Part shown: positions 12,440-26,005 of the stretch, piece by piece
Numbering within the stretch: position 1 is the stretch's first letter
Layout: every line of letters begins with the position of its first letter
Origin: Chiloscyllium plagiosum
Taxonomy: Eukaryota
DNA length: 64,000 nucleotides
Assembly: GCF_004010195.1 (NCBI RefSeq)
Contig: NC_057719.1
Span: 66,882,764 to 66,946,763 of the forward strand
Direction: 5' to 3'
Translations under genes and position numbers: made by a program
Notes under the pieces: generated by a model
What the model saw: only the letters and a program-made list of their open reading frames with translations
What the model was told of the DNA's origin: nothing
Database searches by the model: none

Positions 12440-12832
12440 TTCAAAAAAATGCATTTATATAGCACTTTGACAATCTCAGGCCAGCTCAAATTACTTTGTA
12501 ACCAATGAAATACTTTCAAATGTGGTCACTGTTGTTATGTTAGCAGCGCAGAACAGTAAGACTCCACAAACAGCAATGTAATAATAACCAAATAATATAG
12601 TGATAATGATTAGTTGAGATATCATGAGAATCTCCCCTGATCTAATACCTGGAATCTTTTACTTGTATCTTAAAGGGAAGACAAGACCTCAGTTCAGTGT
12701 CTCAACTAAATGACTGCATCTCTTCAATATTGCATTGGAGTGGCAGCTTGGTTTTGTGTTTGAAAACCGTGATTTGAAACCAGATCCTTCAGACTCAGAG
12801 GAAAGACTGTTGTCACTGAATCACAACTAACC
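12440..12832 (-). mobile_element. Ancient DeuSINE-like (SacSINE/AmnSINE-related) relic
   Basis: Shares blocks with 15715-16105 (gcatttatatagca, gtcactgttg, cacaaacagcaatg, ctcagttcagtgtctca); tRNA-like head on the minus strand near 12770-12830. Family assignment from memory. Confidence 0.5.
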
Positions 12833-13739
12833 TATGGAAAATAATCCAATGTGAGTCACCACCTTTCCTGTGAGGGAAAACTAAGGCAAGAAAAACTTAT
12901 TCTCATTTTGCTTTTATTATCTTATTATTATCTTATCTTCTGTTGTTATTATCTCAGCTTTATCAAATTTGAATACGTTCTATCAGATTTCCGTTGTGTA
13001 GATAAAGGTAAGGCAATATCAGTGGTAATTTCATTATTCTAAAGGAATTGATCTTTGGCAGTATTTCATATTCTCAGAGGTTAAGCTGTTGTGGGAGCAA
13101 AAAAAATGAAATAGTTGATACTGAAAGGTGTCAACATTAGGTCTCCATTAACACACTTAGAAAGCAGCACAGTAAGAAGTACTAGTACATTATAGTCTAT
13201 TTTGGTACATTTATGGTCATTTTTCATATTATTATGCATTAATTTGCAATGTGCAATTCAAATAAAACTGCACAAGAGTCATTTTTCACATAATTTAAAA
13301 TCAAATTTTGTACATTCAAGTGAAGAAATTAGATCACAAAATATTCTATTTCAGTGTGTATAATAATATAGTCTATGTCAGATCCAAGAAGAAAACTTGT
13401 TCCAGTCTCTGCATGAGTACGTTGTTAATGTGTTCCCAGAGATATCTTCTGTTTGACACTTCTAGAGAAACTGAAAACACTTTTAAAAAGATTTTGAAAT
13501 GTTACTACCCTATAGTTTGACACATGGAGTGTAAAAGCCATAAAGTAATGTAATCCACTTCAACAGCACAGAAACCATTACAGAATATTGAAGTGGGAAA
13601 AGAGCTTGTCTGGAAAAGAGCAAGTCAGGGTTATATAGAATTTATAGAACAAAAACAGGCCATTCAATATTCTGCACCACAATCCTCCAGTTCTATTTAC
13701 ATCAGCTGTCGCTCCTGCCAGGTCCTTCTGTTCCTTAAA

Positions 13740-14270
13740 GACCATAAAATCATAAGATGGAGAAGCCGAAGTAGACCAGTCAGCCTATTGAGTTTGCTCC
13801 ACTATTCAATACAGTCATGATTAATCTTCAACTTGACTTTTCTGCCTATTTCTCATAGCTCTTGAAACCCTGTCTGATTTTAAAAAAGCCTCAACAGCCC
13901 TCTTAGTAAAGAATTCCACAGATTCACTTCGCTTTGAAACAAGAAATTCTTCCTCACCACTGTCTTGAAGCAATGACCTCTTATTCTGAAATTATGCCTC
14001 TGATCCTAGACTCCCTTACAAGGGGAAACAACCTTTTTTCATCTATCCTGTCAAGCCCCCTAAGGATCATGTATGTCTCAATAAGATCACCCCTCATTCT
14101 TCGAAATTCCAATGAGTACAGGCTTAAATTACTCTCCTCATGAGACAATCCCTCCATACCTGGGATCAGCCTAGTGAATCTTCTCTGGACTGCTGCCACT
14201 GCCATTTTATCTTTGCTTAGCTAAAGGGCCCAGAGATGTTCACAATATTCAGCTGCGGTCTGGTTAGTTG
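13740..14270 (-). mobile_element. CR1-type LINE 3' fragment
   Basis: ORF 13981-14205 VQRRFTRLIPGMEGLSHEE...LYSLEFRRMRGDLIETY. Confidence 0.9.
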
Positions 14271-15435
14271 CCTTCATGTATGTTTTAAGTTACCTTAAAT
14301 GCATCATTGTTGAAGTCAGTATTCTCTAAACCCTAGTTGCTGTGGTGAAAGCATCATAACTTAAACATCAAGCCGCCAGAGATGACTAATAAAAATGGAA
14401 GAAAAGATTCATAGTCTGTGGTTAAGATTAGTTAACCTTGTGGACCTGCCATTATTCCTGCAAAACTTTCCTTAAGTAGATTTAATAACAGCAGAAATGA
14501 CCCATGGTTACATAGGGTTGTACATGATGTCTGGAGAAAGTAGGTTCTATCTTCTGTATTTAATGCTTTGTTACGTTTTTATGTTTCTTTGCATTGCAGT
14601 GCTGTTATACATTTGATATCTTGCAAGCCTGCGCTATTAACCAAGTTAACATTTTCAAGTCCAATTTGATCTTCTTCAGAATGAAAGCAGCGTCATTTGG
14701 ATTTGAAACATTAACGTTATTTGTCTCTTCACTGTTGTTGCCAGCCTTTTCAGTTTGTTCAACACCTTCTCCTTCTTATTCAGGTATCCACCTTCCACGG
14801 TCTCTACTTTAGTTTCACTATTTATAGGTTATCTTAAGCTTTATCTTGCGATGACAGTCAGTACATAACTGAGAACCAACATGCAGTAGCTCAAAGCTCT
14901 GCATTAGCACAATATGTAAACAGTGCTCATGTACTTGATCATTCGCTCTCTTGATTTAAAAGAAGTTTGCTGGAAAATATTTGTTCAGTTACAGGCTTAG
15001 ACACAATTCTATGGATGCATCAGTGAAGGTTCTGCGAAAGCACTACTGTGAAGTAATTGCTGCTCCTTTTTAATCTCTGTTGGATCACCTTGACAATTTT
15101 CATCTTGTCAGAATCTTTGTAAAAATATCAGCTGAATAGACTCACGCAGGTAGTCACCGTGCCCTTTCAAATTATTTGGTGAGGGAACTCAAAATTCAAA
15201 CACCAATGCAATGGCTGGGTTTAAAAACCACTGACAAACAAGCTGCTGGTGTTTGCGGATTTCTCGCCTACTACTGGACACCTCCCCACTGCTAGCGTGT
15301 CAAACAGTTAAAATCAAGCCCACAAGGATTTTCCTCTCAATAGAGTCAACTGCACAAATCCCCAGCTCACTGCTCCTATAACTGTGTTCTGTTCTGCACA
15401 AAATTACCCACAACGTTAACCTTAATTTTGGATTA

Positions 15436-15651
15436 GGAGATGCCAGTGTTGGACTGGGGTGTACAAAGTTAAAAATCACACAACACCAGGTTATAGTCCA
15501 ACAGGTTTATTTGGAAGCACTAGTTTTCGGAGCACTGCTCCTTCATAAGGTGGTTGTCAGAACGACAGCCACCTGATGAAGGAGCAGCGCTCCAAAAGCT
15601 AGTGCTTCCAAATAAACCTGTTGGACTATTGGTGTTGTGTGATTTTTAACT
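15436..15651. mobile_element. Palindromic Penelope-like terminal insertion (family B) with near-intact hammerhead motifs on both strands
   Basis: + strand 15570-15604 CAC-CTGATGA-A-GGAGC-AGC-GCTCC-AAAA-GC-TA-GTG; - strand CAC-CTTATGA-A-GGAGC-AGT-GCTCC-GAAA-AC-TA-GTG. Confidence 0.85.
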
Positions 15652-15714
15652 AAATTTTGATCTTCACTAAAAGGCAAACAGTAAAATAAATAAACAAATG
15701 AAAAGAAGCAAAAA

Positions 15715-16105
15715 TAATCGCATTTTTATCTAGCATATTTCATTTCTGGATGAAATTACAGCCAGTTAAGTACTTAAAGTCTAGTCACTATAGGAAAAAT
15801 GGTGGTCAATTTGTAGACAGTAAACTTTCACAGACAGCAATGAGATTTTGATCAGATAATCCATTTTTGCATTTTATTATCTGTTTATGAAATATGATTG
15901 TTGGTGGTTGGCCATGGTGGTTGATTTAATGATATTAATTGAATAAAATTGGTCAGGATACATGGATAACTTCCTTATTCTTCTTTGAAATACAGCCATG
16001 ATAACTTTTGTTGCCATTTGAGTAGGTATGTAGGGCCCCTGTTTAGTATCTCATCTCAAAGACAGAACTTTAGGCAAACCATTGTTCCTTCAGTACTGCA
16101 CTAGA
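15715..16105 (-). mobile_element. Ancient DeuSINE-like relic
   Basis: Homologous in blocks to 12440-12832. Confidence 0.45.
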
Positions 16106-16485
16106 ACAAAAACTGAAATTGCTGGTGAAACTCAGCACGCCTGGCAGCATATGTGGAGAGCAAGCAGAGTTAGTGTTTCGAGTCAGACCGCATGAAAAGT
16201 CAGCAATGAAGAATCAAAAGCATCAGTCATATATTTATGAATTCTGGTTAAAAAAAATGTGACTTTATCATCATAAACCAAAGGTCTTGAGAATATATTG
16301 TATGGTGCGAGTGCTCTGCCCAAAGGCGAAAGCCTAGGCTCATTGATGGGCCTGAACCATGATTTAGGCAGTTTTTTGTCAGAAGAAATTTTCTGTAGCC
16401 TTCCATTCTTGGGTGCAGCTCAACACTACAGGTCCCAATGTCTCCCTAAGTTAGATCAGGAGCTGAAGCCATGCTGCTGGTATTA

Positions 16486-16723
16486 CAGTCGGTTCTGCTA
16501 TAACGCATAGAGTCATAGAGATGTACTGTTTCTTCAACGCGAATTGGCTTTAACAAGGTTGAAAAATTTAGACCGTAATGTATAGAATGTGAACCTTCCT
16601 GACTTGTATTGGCCATAACACGATTCTGACACCATTAGTTCAAATGGAGTGGTTATTGCGTGATTTTTTTATAACGTGAGATTGCACTAGAATGGAACTG
16701 CCATGTTACATCAGAACCAACTG
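16486..16723. mobile_element. Tc1/mariner (pogo/Tigger-like) MITE
   Basis: Left end CAGTCGGTTCTGCTATAAC vs reverse complement of right end CAGTTGGTTCTGATGTAAC; TA dinucleotide on both sides (16484-85, 16724-25). Confidence 0.8.
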
Positions 16724-17872
16724 TATTTTTTAGCAACGGTAGCCATCTGACCAACTGAACTAACTGGTCCCATATTGTACATTACCTGGCAAAATACATT
16801 ATTTGACTGACCATGGTTAACACCATTCCTAATTCATTGTATTATGCACTTTAGATTTTTGGTAATGCTCTGCAGCAAATCAATTATTAACTTGCAATAA
16901 TTAGTGCCTAGTCATCATTCTCAGGATGTCATTGTGCCTCACCTTCCTGAAGGAATCAGTGTGTAACAAGGCACCACCATCAAACATGTAAATGGGTGCA
17001 GTTTGAGACTTCCAGGTAATATGATACAACTAGCAGTAGTAAACAGTTTACAACTTATGTTCTCAACTTTATTTAGAATAACCCATTCTCTCTCTAGCTA
17101 CAATTAAATATCATTTGATAGTATCTGCATTCCATACTCTGGAAATTTTCATTCATTTGCCCTATTGTCTTCACTTTTCTATTGAATCTCAATTCACTAT
17201 TTGTTCTAATTTAGATTAAAGCAAACTATTTTGTCATCTGCTTAATAATAAAGATATCGATAGACACCAAAAAGTTCTGTCAGCACCTAACCAGTGTCAT
17301 GCATTGAAGTGCGTCCTAGTATATCCATATATTTTTAACTTATTAGAATTATTTATTGTGGGCAAGACAAAGCTGTTCAAAGTAATACAGGATACACCCA
17401 CAAATTGAGAAACTGAAGGTAAAACACTGACAACAATAAAATGGAAAGTTTGTATCATTGTGTGAATTAGGTTACTGAAGGCTAAATTATATTGTTTACC
17501 CTAAAACACAAAGTAGGCAGAGAATGTCAATCTGTTTTGCATAAATGTCCAATCAATTTTGAAGTCTTTTTTGACGTTCCTGTGGGTTATTTAAGGATGA
17601 GTGAGAATTCGAAAAGGTCAATGAGTAGTCAGTATTAAAATATGAGTATCAGTGATGGGTGTGAACCCTAACAACGTTGAATGTTCTTCTGAATTATTAT
17701 TAGTTGTTAGCTCCACTTCTTTCTTGAAAAAAATAGCTTTTAGACTAGATAACAATTATATGAAGTGAAAGTTGTTGTTTGCAGATATATGTCGGGAACT
17801 TTGAGGAAAAGAAGTCTTGACATTTTATTAGTTTATTTACCACAAGATTTCAGAAGAGGAACACAAAATGAA

Positions 17873-18522
17873 GTGAAGAAGGCGTTTGGTATGCTTTCCT
17901 TTATTGGTCAGAGTATTGAGTACAGGAGTTGGGAGGTCATGTTGCGGCTATATAGGACATTGGTTAGGCCGCTGTTGGAACATTGTGTGCAATGCTGGTC
18001 TCCTTCCTATCGGAAAGATGTTGTGAAACTTGAATGGGTTCAGAAAAGATTTACAGGGATGTTGCCAGGGTTGGAGGATTTGAGCTATAGGGAGAGGCTG
18101 AGCAGGCTGGGGCTGTTTTCCCTGGAGTGTCGGAGGCTGAGGGGTAACCTTATCGAGGTTTACAAAATTATGAATGGCATGGATAGGGTAAACAGGCAAA
18201 GTCTTTTCCCTGGGATTGGGGAGTCCTGAACTAGAGAGCATAGGTTTAGGGTGAGAGGAGAAAGAGACCCTAAAAGAGACCTAAGGGCAACTTTTTCACA
18301 CAGAGGTTGGTACATGTATGAATGAGCTGCTAGAGGAAGTGGTGGTAGCTGGTACAATTGCAACATTTAAGAGGCATTTGGATGGATATATGAATAGAAA
18401 GGGTTTGGAGGGATATGGGCCGGGTGCGGCAGGTGGATCTAGATTGGGTTGGGATAGCTGGTCGGCATGGACGGGTTGGACCGAAGGGTCTGTCTCCATG
18501 CTGTACAACTCTGTGACTCTAT
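17873..18522 (+). mobile_element. CR1/HER1-type LINE 3' end, 5'-truncated
   Basis: VKKAFGMLSFIGQSIEYRSWEVMLRLYRTLVRPLLEHCVQCWSP...; tail ...ccatgctgtacaactctgtgactctat. Confidence 0.95.
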
Positions 18523-19254
18523 GTATCTTTGGCATTTGTAAATTTTTTTCACAATCCCTTAGTGAACTCATCAAGATCACAAAGCATTTCACACATGGAG
18601 TGATTATCCATAACACAAAAATATCAGCTATGTATACACAGATGTAGTCCCTGATATCAGTTAGCAGCAACAGGCCACAGTAATCATTTGTGCATGAATT
18701 GCTGATGGCACCAGGTTGGAGGTGGGGTTGGGAGGGTGGGGGATTGGTGGGAGGAGGGGAGCTGAGGTAGAGGCAGGCACTGATGATGTACAGCTTCCTC
18801 TTCCTGGGGCGTCTGGGGAGTAGGTCTCCTCAGCCCGCCCTTCTCTGTTCTCGCCCTGACACTTGGCCCTCTCAAGCCTTGTGCTGTCTGAAGAGGGATC
18901 CTGCCCCTAGCTGGAAGGCCATGCCTGGGGAGGGGATAGGGCTGCTGCTGCACTTGATGCACTCGCAACCTATAGCTTTCCTCACTTTCACTGTCAAAGA
19001 AGGAATGATCCACCTTCTGTTCCTGGTTTGTGTTGCTATCCAAGGAATGCCACTCTAACAGTGACAATATCAGGCTTCAGTGTTGGACCTGCCTTTTGAA
19101 GGCCTCAAAATTTGACACTCATCACTGATAATCAATGCAGGAAATGATTCAGGCTGCTAAGTCTTAAATTCTTCTTTTGATTGTACACACTTCAGGCAGC
19201 TGTTTGAGAGTGGCTGTTGCTTTCCACTGCTCCTGAGTTTAGACCATTAAATAT

Positions 19255-19640
19255 TGCTCATAGTACTGCAGATGTAATCTCACCAGCACCTTGTATGGTT
19301 GCAGTAAGATTTCTCTACTCTTATACTCCAACTATCTTAAAATAAGGGCCAACATTAGCCTTCCTGAATACGTTCTCCTTTCCAAAATGAGTAACTTCAG
19401 ATGTTTGTATCACTCTTACAAGCTGCCTTTCCACCTTTGTGGTGTCTGCAAATTTACTTACAGTACATTCGCTTCCTTCCTCCAACTCATTAATCGATAT
19501 GGTTAACAGTTGCAATCCCATCCCTGTGGAACCCCATTGGTCACAGATCACCAGTATGAAAAGGAACATTTATCCACATTACTTGTTTCCTGCCATTAGC
19601 CCATTCTCTATCCATGTAAATATACTACCTCTAATACACT
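19255..19640 (-). mobile_element. Degenerate CR1 reverse-transcriptase fragment
   Basis: ORF 19321-19569 ...LLTISINELEEGSECTVSKFADTTKV (decayed FADD motif). Confidence 0.7.
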
Positions 19641-20002
19641 ACCTCTTCACACATGTGTGTTCAATGCATCACCAAGAGGTTGCATTTTCAGCAATTATAG
19701 CCTTTTGAATATTCTTTTTCCAAATGGCATGATGCTCACCAACCACAACTTACGCATGTATTCCAGCCATCAGTCTTGCTAGCCACAATGTGAACGTTTC
19801 ATACCAGTTTCATTCATGATATTAAGCCAGAGTTTTGTTGACAAGATAATGGCTGATGGTGCTCAGTGCCATTTATGCTTCATTTGTACAGAAATTTAAC
19901 TAAGAAGATGAGTGGTCAAATGCAAATATCCTACAGTTGCATTGTTGCATCAATACCTTTTTTATGAATGACAGTGTGTTCTCTATTTCACCGCTGAAAT
20001 AC

Positions 20003-21001
20003 TTTTGAATGTGAAATTTGCACCACAGAAGCAAATAAATCCATCACAGGTATTTAGGGCTTGTAATTAGCAGTGCAACTATGCATTGATGTAGTTAATT
20101 ATGATCACTTTGTTCATCATCAACTACTTCAAGTATGTAGGCTTGTTCATTCAGATTTTGGAGTTTTTGAGGGAAATTCTAAAAATGTCAAATTTTAAAC
20201 TTTTTTTTAGAGCTATTCCTCTTGTTTCATTTTATTCTCAATTCAATCTTCTTTCTCCCTAAATATTTCTCTTTTTCTACCTGATTTAATTTTAAATACG
20301 ACCTTTTAATTTACCCTCCTGCTTAGTTATTCTGCTTTATTGATTAAACCTCATTGATTTTGTAGAGACCTTTATAGATCTCAGATCCCAGTTGTTCTGT
20401 TACCTTCACTGCACTATTGCAGGTTCACACATTAAATAACTTTGTGGATTAAATTCTCTGAGCTAGAAGTTAAAGGGAAATGTCTACCCAATAGAACACG
20501 CTGTTTGATGTATATTACAGTGATATTTAGTCCATTATCTGCTCAGAAACACTGACTATTTCCACAGGGAAATGGAAAATCTTCTTCAAGCACATTGAAA
20601 GTAACACATGGGGATTTCCACAAAAAAATTAAATGTGACTGAGTTGTGCTGTTTTCGTAACCTTTTCTTTCAACAAAATGTTATTCAGAAGGCTATTATT
20701 TTGCATCTTGTGAAGTCCTCTCAGGTTTAAAATTTAGTAAGTTCATAACTAAGGGCAAACTCAAGTAGTTGACTTATGTCAATTTTTTTTTACCTTGTAA
20801 TCAAAAAAAGTAAAAAAAAAAACAATTGTCACAGGCAAATATTGCATAAAGTAGTGGTTCTTGATGGGTTGATGTTCAAGTTGCATTGACTCCACACATT
20901 TTATTGAAGTCTCTTTTTGAATGTGAAATTTGCACCACAGAAGCAAATAAATCCATCACAGGTATTTAGGGCTTGTAATTAGTAGTGAAACTATGCATTG
21001 A
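20003..21001 (+). repeat. Dispersed 87-bp direct repeat (20003-20089 and 20915-21001)
   Basis: 85/87 identical by manual alignment. Confidence 0.95.
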
Positions 21002-23249
21002 CAGTAGTAAATAAGGGGTTCTGCTTGAGATTTTGCAGGGAGAAGATGTATCTATACCAATTCCCTAAAGTCCTCGTAATCGTGTCCAACTAAATATAGT
21101 TGTACTTATTGCAATCATGCAACAAGTCTTCTTATTAACTAAGGATAGTGTAGCACTGCATGGTGACATATATCCCACTGCTAATCATAAAATGGGCACA
21201 ATTTAAAACAAGGACAAACAGTGAGCTACACCTGTATCCACCATCACTAAAGAGGTGTCAAGTGGTACCAGGTACCAGGAGTGATTATCTTGAAAATGTG
21301 ACATCTTTGCAGTGATGTGAATCTGACCCCCATTAGAAGGAGAAGAACTCCAGAAGATGCAGAAAGGAAAGAAAATGAGCATGTACATTTAACACTTTAA
21401 GAGTGTTATTGCTTTAAGAAGAGTTAGATGGTCAGTCAGCAGCTGAAATATGATTACTGACAGAGACAGACTGCAGCAGCCATGAAAGTCGTAAAACAGC
21501 AAGTTCAGCACTCCAAATACAAAGTTTCACCAATAATTTTGCAAAGGGGACAGACTAAAAGACAGTGTATTTGGGAAAGACAGAAAAGCCAGCCCCCCCA
21601 TAGGAAAAATCAGAGGCTGATTCTTATTCATTTGCAGGATGTGGACATTTATGACTAGGTCAGCATTTATTGCGCTTACCTAATTGCTGTTGAGAAGGTG
21701 GTGGTAAGCTGCCTTCTTAAATCACTGCAGCTCATTTGCTGTAAGTACACCCACAATGCAATAAAGGAGAGAGTTTTAAGATTTTTGACCTAATAACAAT
21801 TAAAGAACCCCGATATAGTTCCAAGACGATGATGTGGAGATGTATCATTGTAGAAAAGACTGTTGTTACTCTATTGCTGCTTTACTTAAGTGGTGCACAA
21901 GGACATTGTGGATTGATTAGCTTTGCACTTTTACTGCTTCATTGTATCTCAGTTAAATATCTGTTTTTAAAGCCCAATAATTCATCATGTGTGAAAGCTG
22001 TTACAACTAGTCCATGGGCAAGGATCCTCAATTCATTATGGTTTTAGATGAGACACCCCAGAAATGATTATGCTCCCAGGTTAAGCAGGAGGTACTAGAT
22101 CTCCTTCTTTATCCAGATACATCCCACTCATTTCAGTTAGTCATAACCAAGCTAACTTAACACATAAATCCCTTCCCACATGGATAAATTTCCAAATTTC
22201 ATTGTATTTATACTTTGAAAGGAACCAATTTAACCAAGCTCCTGAGGTTTAAAGATGGATAGTTTATTAGGTACTAAAATGTACCGATGAATAATAAAAA
22301 AACAACAAACTTGCATATGGATTAGAAATGAGAAGTGAGACAACACATAGCAGTTAAGATAAAAAGATATACAAATCAGTCTTTGGGTTCTGTGTGAGGA
22401 ATAGAGGGCGGATCATAGTTGAGTTAAGTTGGGTGATTTTGGTAGCTCTGATTTCAACAATTGAGCTGTTTGTCTGGATCTTACTGGTTCTGCAAGTTAG
22501 CAAAAGGGAGTTGTCCTGTTTCCTTTTCAACAGTGCTTTGTTGGTTTATGACTTGCTTCTTGCAAGCAGCAAGAGAAACTTTCTTCTTCTACCTTTGCCA
22601 GAGCAGAGGTGCATATTAAATGATCTTAGCAGCTGTAACCTTTGAAGCTTACACTAGCCCATAGAGCACCGTACTATCACATCAACGCCAAGACTGCAGT
22701 TGTATATTTTAACCTCTTCTCATGTGTGTTCCTGGAAATGGAAAATGCAAACATATCTTTCACAGAAATTGTTTCTTTCACCTCATATCATGTCCACTGT
22801 CTGGGACATAATTCTCAGGAGATAGTATTTGCTGAGGTGATAATCGACCTCCATTATTTCTGCAACAGTAGGACATGATACTTCCATTTTTGAATTGTGA
22901 CTCTTCCTTTGAGGTGTCTCTGCCTGAAGTTCATTGACACTTTCTAGGTGCGACATTCGATACATTCTCTCAGGACTGAATATAATCCTGCTGGAATTTT
23001 CCCGATAGTCACAGAATTATAGAATTATATTCTCAGAATTTACATTCCATGCCACTTTGGCTTGTAGTCCTTTACATTATGCTCTTTCACAGAAAGATCA
23101 TCTTACTTACAAGTTCAGCATGTCTGTCAGTAATTCCAGGCCTGCTGTTGTGACAAACAAAATAGATGTGTGAGCTAATCTTCTACAATAATGGAGCTGC
23201 AAAATACACAATGCATTATGCTACCAGTTTTTATTTTGATATATTTAAT

Positions 23250-23515
23250 ATAGAATCCCGACAGTGTAGAAACAGACAATTCAGCTCATTGACTCCACAC
23301 CTACCATTCAAAGAGCATTACACCCAGACCCAACCCATCCCTGTATTTCCCATGGCTAAAAACCTAACGTGTACATCTTTGGACTCCAGGAGGAATCTGG
23401 AGCACCCAGAGGAAACAAACACAGACTCTGGAGAATGTGCAAAGTCACCCAAGGGTGGAATCGAGCGCAGGTCCCTGGCACTGACAATGCTAACCACTGA
23501 GCCACCATGGCACCC
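23250..23515 (-). mobile_element. HE1/V-SINE, degenerate
   Basis: ...ggagcacccagaggaaac...tgctaaccactgagccaccatggcaccc matches the reverse complement of 50035-50350. Confidence 0.8.
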
Positions 23516-24459
23516 AATATGTGGAAGTAATGCTTGTCCAAGAGCTTAATGCACCTACGTAATAGCAAAATGAATACTGTAATTAATACAAAGAAATGAG
23601 GAAAACATTCTCCACAAATAAGATGCCATAAGTAACAGCCTCAGGAATTGTTGTTAAATTTGGTATTCTCTGGAGGTAAACTTTGAGGAAGTGATGTTGT
23701 CTGTGATACTAGGTAAACTACATTAATACTCTCTGGCATGTCAACCTTGATTATGAACTTAAGCATTTTATGGAGCTTAGACACACACATAAAAATGCTC
23801 CAACCCATGTTGACTTAACATACAAGAAAATTGTGTGGCATGGCAGACACAATATAAATGACAAAGAAATGGGCATATCTGATTAAATTTAGCTTTCCCC
23901 TGATGGCTAACCAAATGAACAGCCTAGCTCATGGGTGAAATGAAGACACTAGTGGATAAAGGCCCTAACAAGAACCCTTGTGAATGACAGATCACAAATT
24001 GGGAAGAAAAGGGATCAACAATTGGGATTCAGTAAGGAAGCAATTGGTTGGGGTGGGTGTGGTGAAATTTGCAAAAAAGAAGAGGATGAACAGTCAACAA
24101 TTAGGATGGAAAGGAAGAATTAAACTCATTAGGAATTGGAAGAGCTGGATGGAGGAGAAGATTAGCAGTCAGCAAAGTAATTATTCAAGACATTTGCAAT
24201 CAGGTGGTCTCAGAGTAGATTAGAGATCAGAACTGGGGGAAGTCAAAAGCTTTCTTGGGGGCTGTGGAGGGGGAGAAGTCCTGTTCCACCGGGCCCACAC
24301 AGAGTGGTGAAAAAGATACTTACATTTGGAAGCCAAAATTTCCCACTTGACTTCACTGTTCACAGCCAACTTCAAATTAGAACTCTAGCTGCACTGGATG
24401 AGGCTAATTAAAAAAATGAGTGTCTCGCCTCTAAGGAACACTTAGATGCTCTGACAAAC

Positions 24460-26005
24460 AGAGGAGGAGGTGCCGGATGTCTTGAAATGTATAAAAGTGG
24501 ATAAGTCCCCAGTACCTGATCAGGTGTAGCTAAAGAAAAGATTGTTGGACCCCTTGCTGAGATATTTGTATCTTCGATAGTCATAGGTGAGGTGCCGAAA
24601 GACTGGAGGTTGGCTAACGTGGTACCACTACTTAAGAAAGGTGGTAAGGAAAAGCCAGGGAGCTATAGACTGGTGAGCCTGCCGTTGGTGGGGGAAAGTT
24701 GTTGGAGGGAATTCTGAGGGACAGGATTCACATGTATCTGGAAAAGCAAGGACTGATTAGGGATAGTCAGCATGGCTTTGTGTGTGGAAAATCATGTCTC
24801 ATGAACTTGATTGAGTTTTTTGAAAAAGTAGCAAAGAGGATTGATGAGGGCAGAGTGGTGGACATGACTTCAGTAAGGCATTCGCCAAGGTTCCCCATGG
24901 GAGACTGATTAGCAAGGTTAGATCTCATGGAATACAGAGAGAACTAGCCATTTGGACTAGAGGGTGGTGGTGGAGGGTTGCTTTTCACATTGGAGGCCTG
25001 TGACCAGTAGAGTGCCACAAAGATCAGTGTTAGGTCCACATCTTTTTGTTATTTATATAAATGATTTGGATGTGAACATAGGAGGTACAGTTAGTAAGTT
25101 TGCAGATGACACCAAAGTAGGAGGTGTAGTAGACAGCGAAGAATGTTACCTCAATGTACAATGGGATCTTGATCAGATGGGCCAATGGGCTGAGGAGTGG
25201 CAGATGGAGTTTAATTTTGATAAATGTGAGCTGCTGCATTTTGGAAAAGCAAATCATAGCAGGACTTATACACTTAATGGTAATGTTGCTGAACAAAGAG
25301 ACTTTGGAGTGCAGGTTCAGAGTTCCTTGAAAGTAGAGTCGCAGGTTGATAGATAGTGAAGAAGGCATTTGGTGTGCTGTCCTTTATTGGTCAGAGTATT
25401 GAGTTCAGGAGTTGGGAGGTAATGTTGAGGCTGTACAGGACATTGGTTAGACCACTTCTGGAATATTGTGTGCAATTCTGATCTCCTTCCTATTGCAAGG
25501 ATGTTGTGAAGCTTGAAAGGGTTCAGAAAGGATTTACAAGGATGTTGCCAGGGTTGGAGGATTTGAGCTATAGGGAGAGGCTGAATAGGCTGGGACTGTT
25601 TACCCTGGCATGTCGGAGGTTGAGGGTTGACCTTATAGAGGTTTATAAAATCATGACAGGCATGGATAGGATCGATAGACAAAGTCTTTTCCCTGGTGTG
25701 GGGGAGTCCAGAACTAGAGGGCATAGGTTTAGGGTGAGAGGGGAAAGATATAAAAGAGACCTAAGGGGCAACTTTTTTACACAGAGGGTGGTGCGTGTAT
25801 GGAATGAGCTGCCAGAGGAAGTGGTGGAGGCTGGTACCATTGCAAAATTTAAAGGGCATCTGCATGAGTATATGAATAGGAAGGGCTTGGAGGGATATGG
25901 GCCAGGTGCTGGCAAATGGGTCTAGATTGGGTTAGTATATCTGGTCAGCATGGACAAGTTGGACTGAAGGGTCTGTTTCCATGCTGTACTTCTCTATGAC
26001 TCTAT
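24460..26005 (+). mobile_element. CR1/HER1-type LINE, RT domain to 3' tail, with stops and deletions
   Basis: LIRDSQHGFVCGKSCLMNLIEFF; VPQRSVLGPHLFVIYINDLD...SKFADDTKV; KLERVQKGFTRMLPGL; tail ctctatgactctat. Confidence 0.95.
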
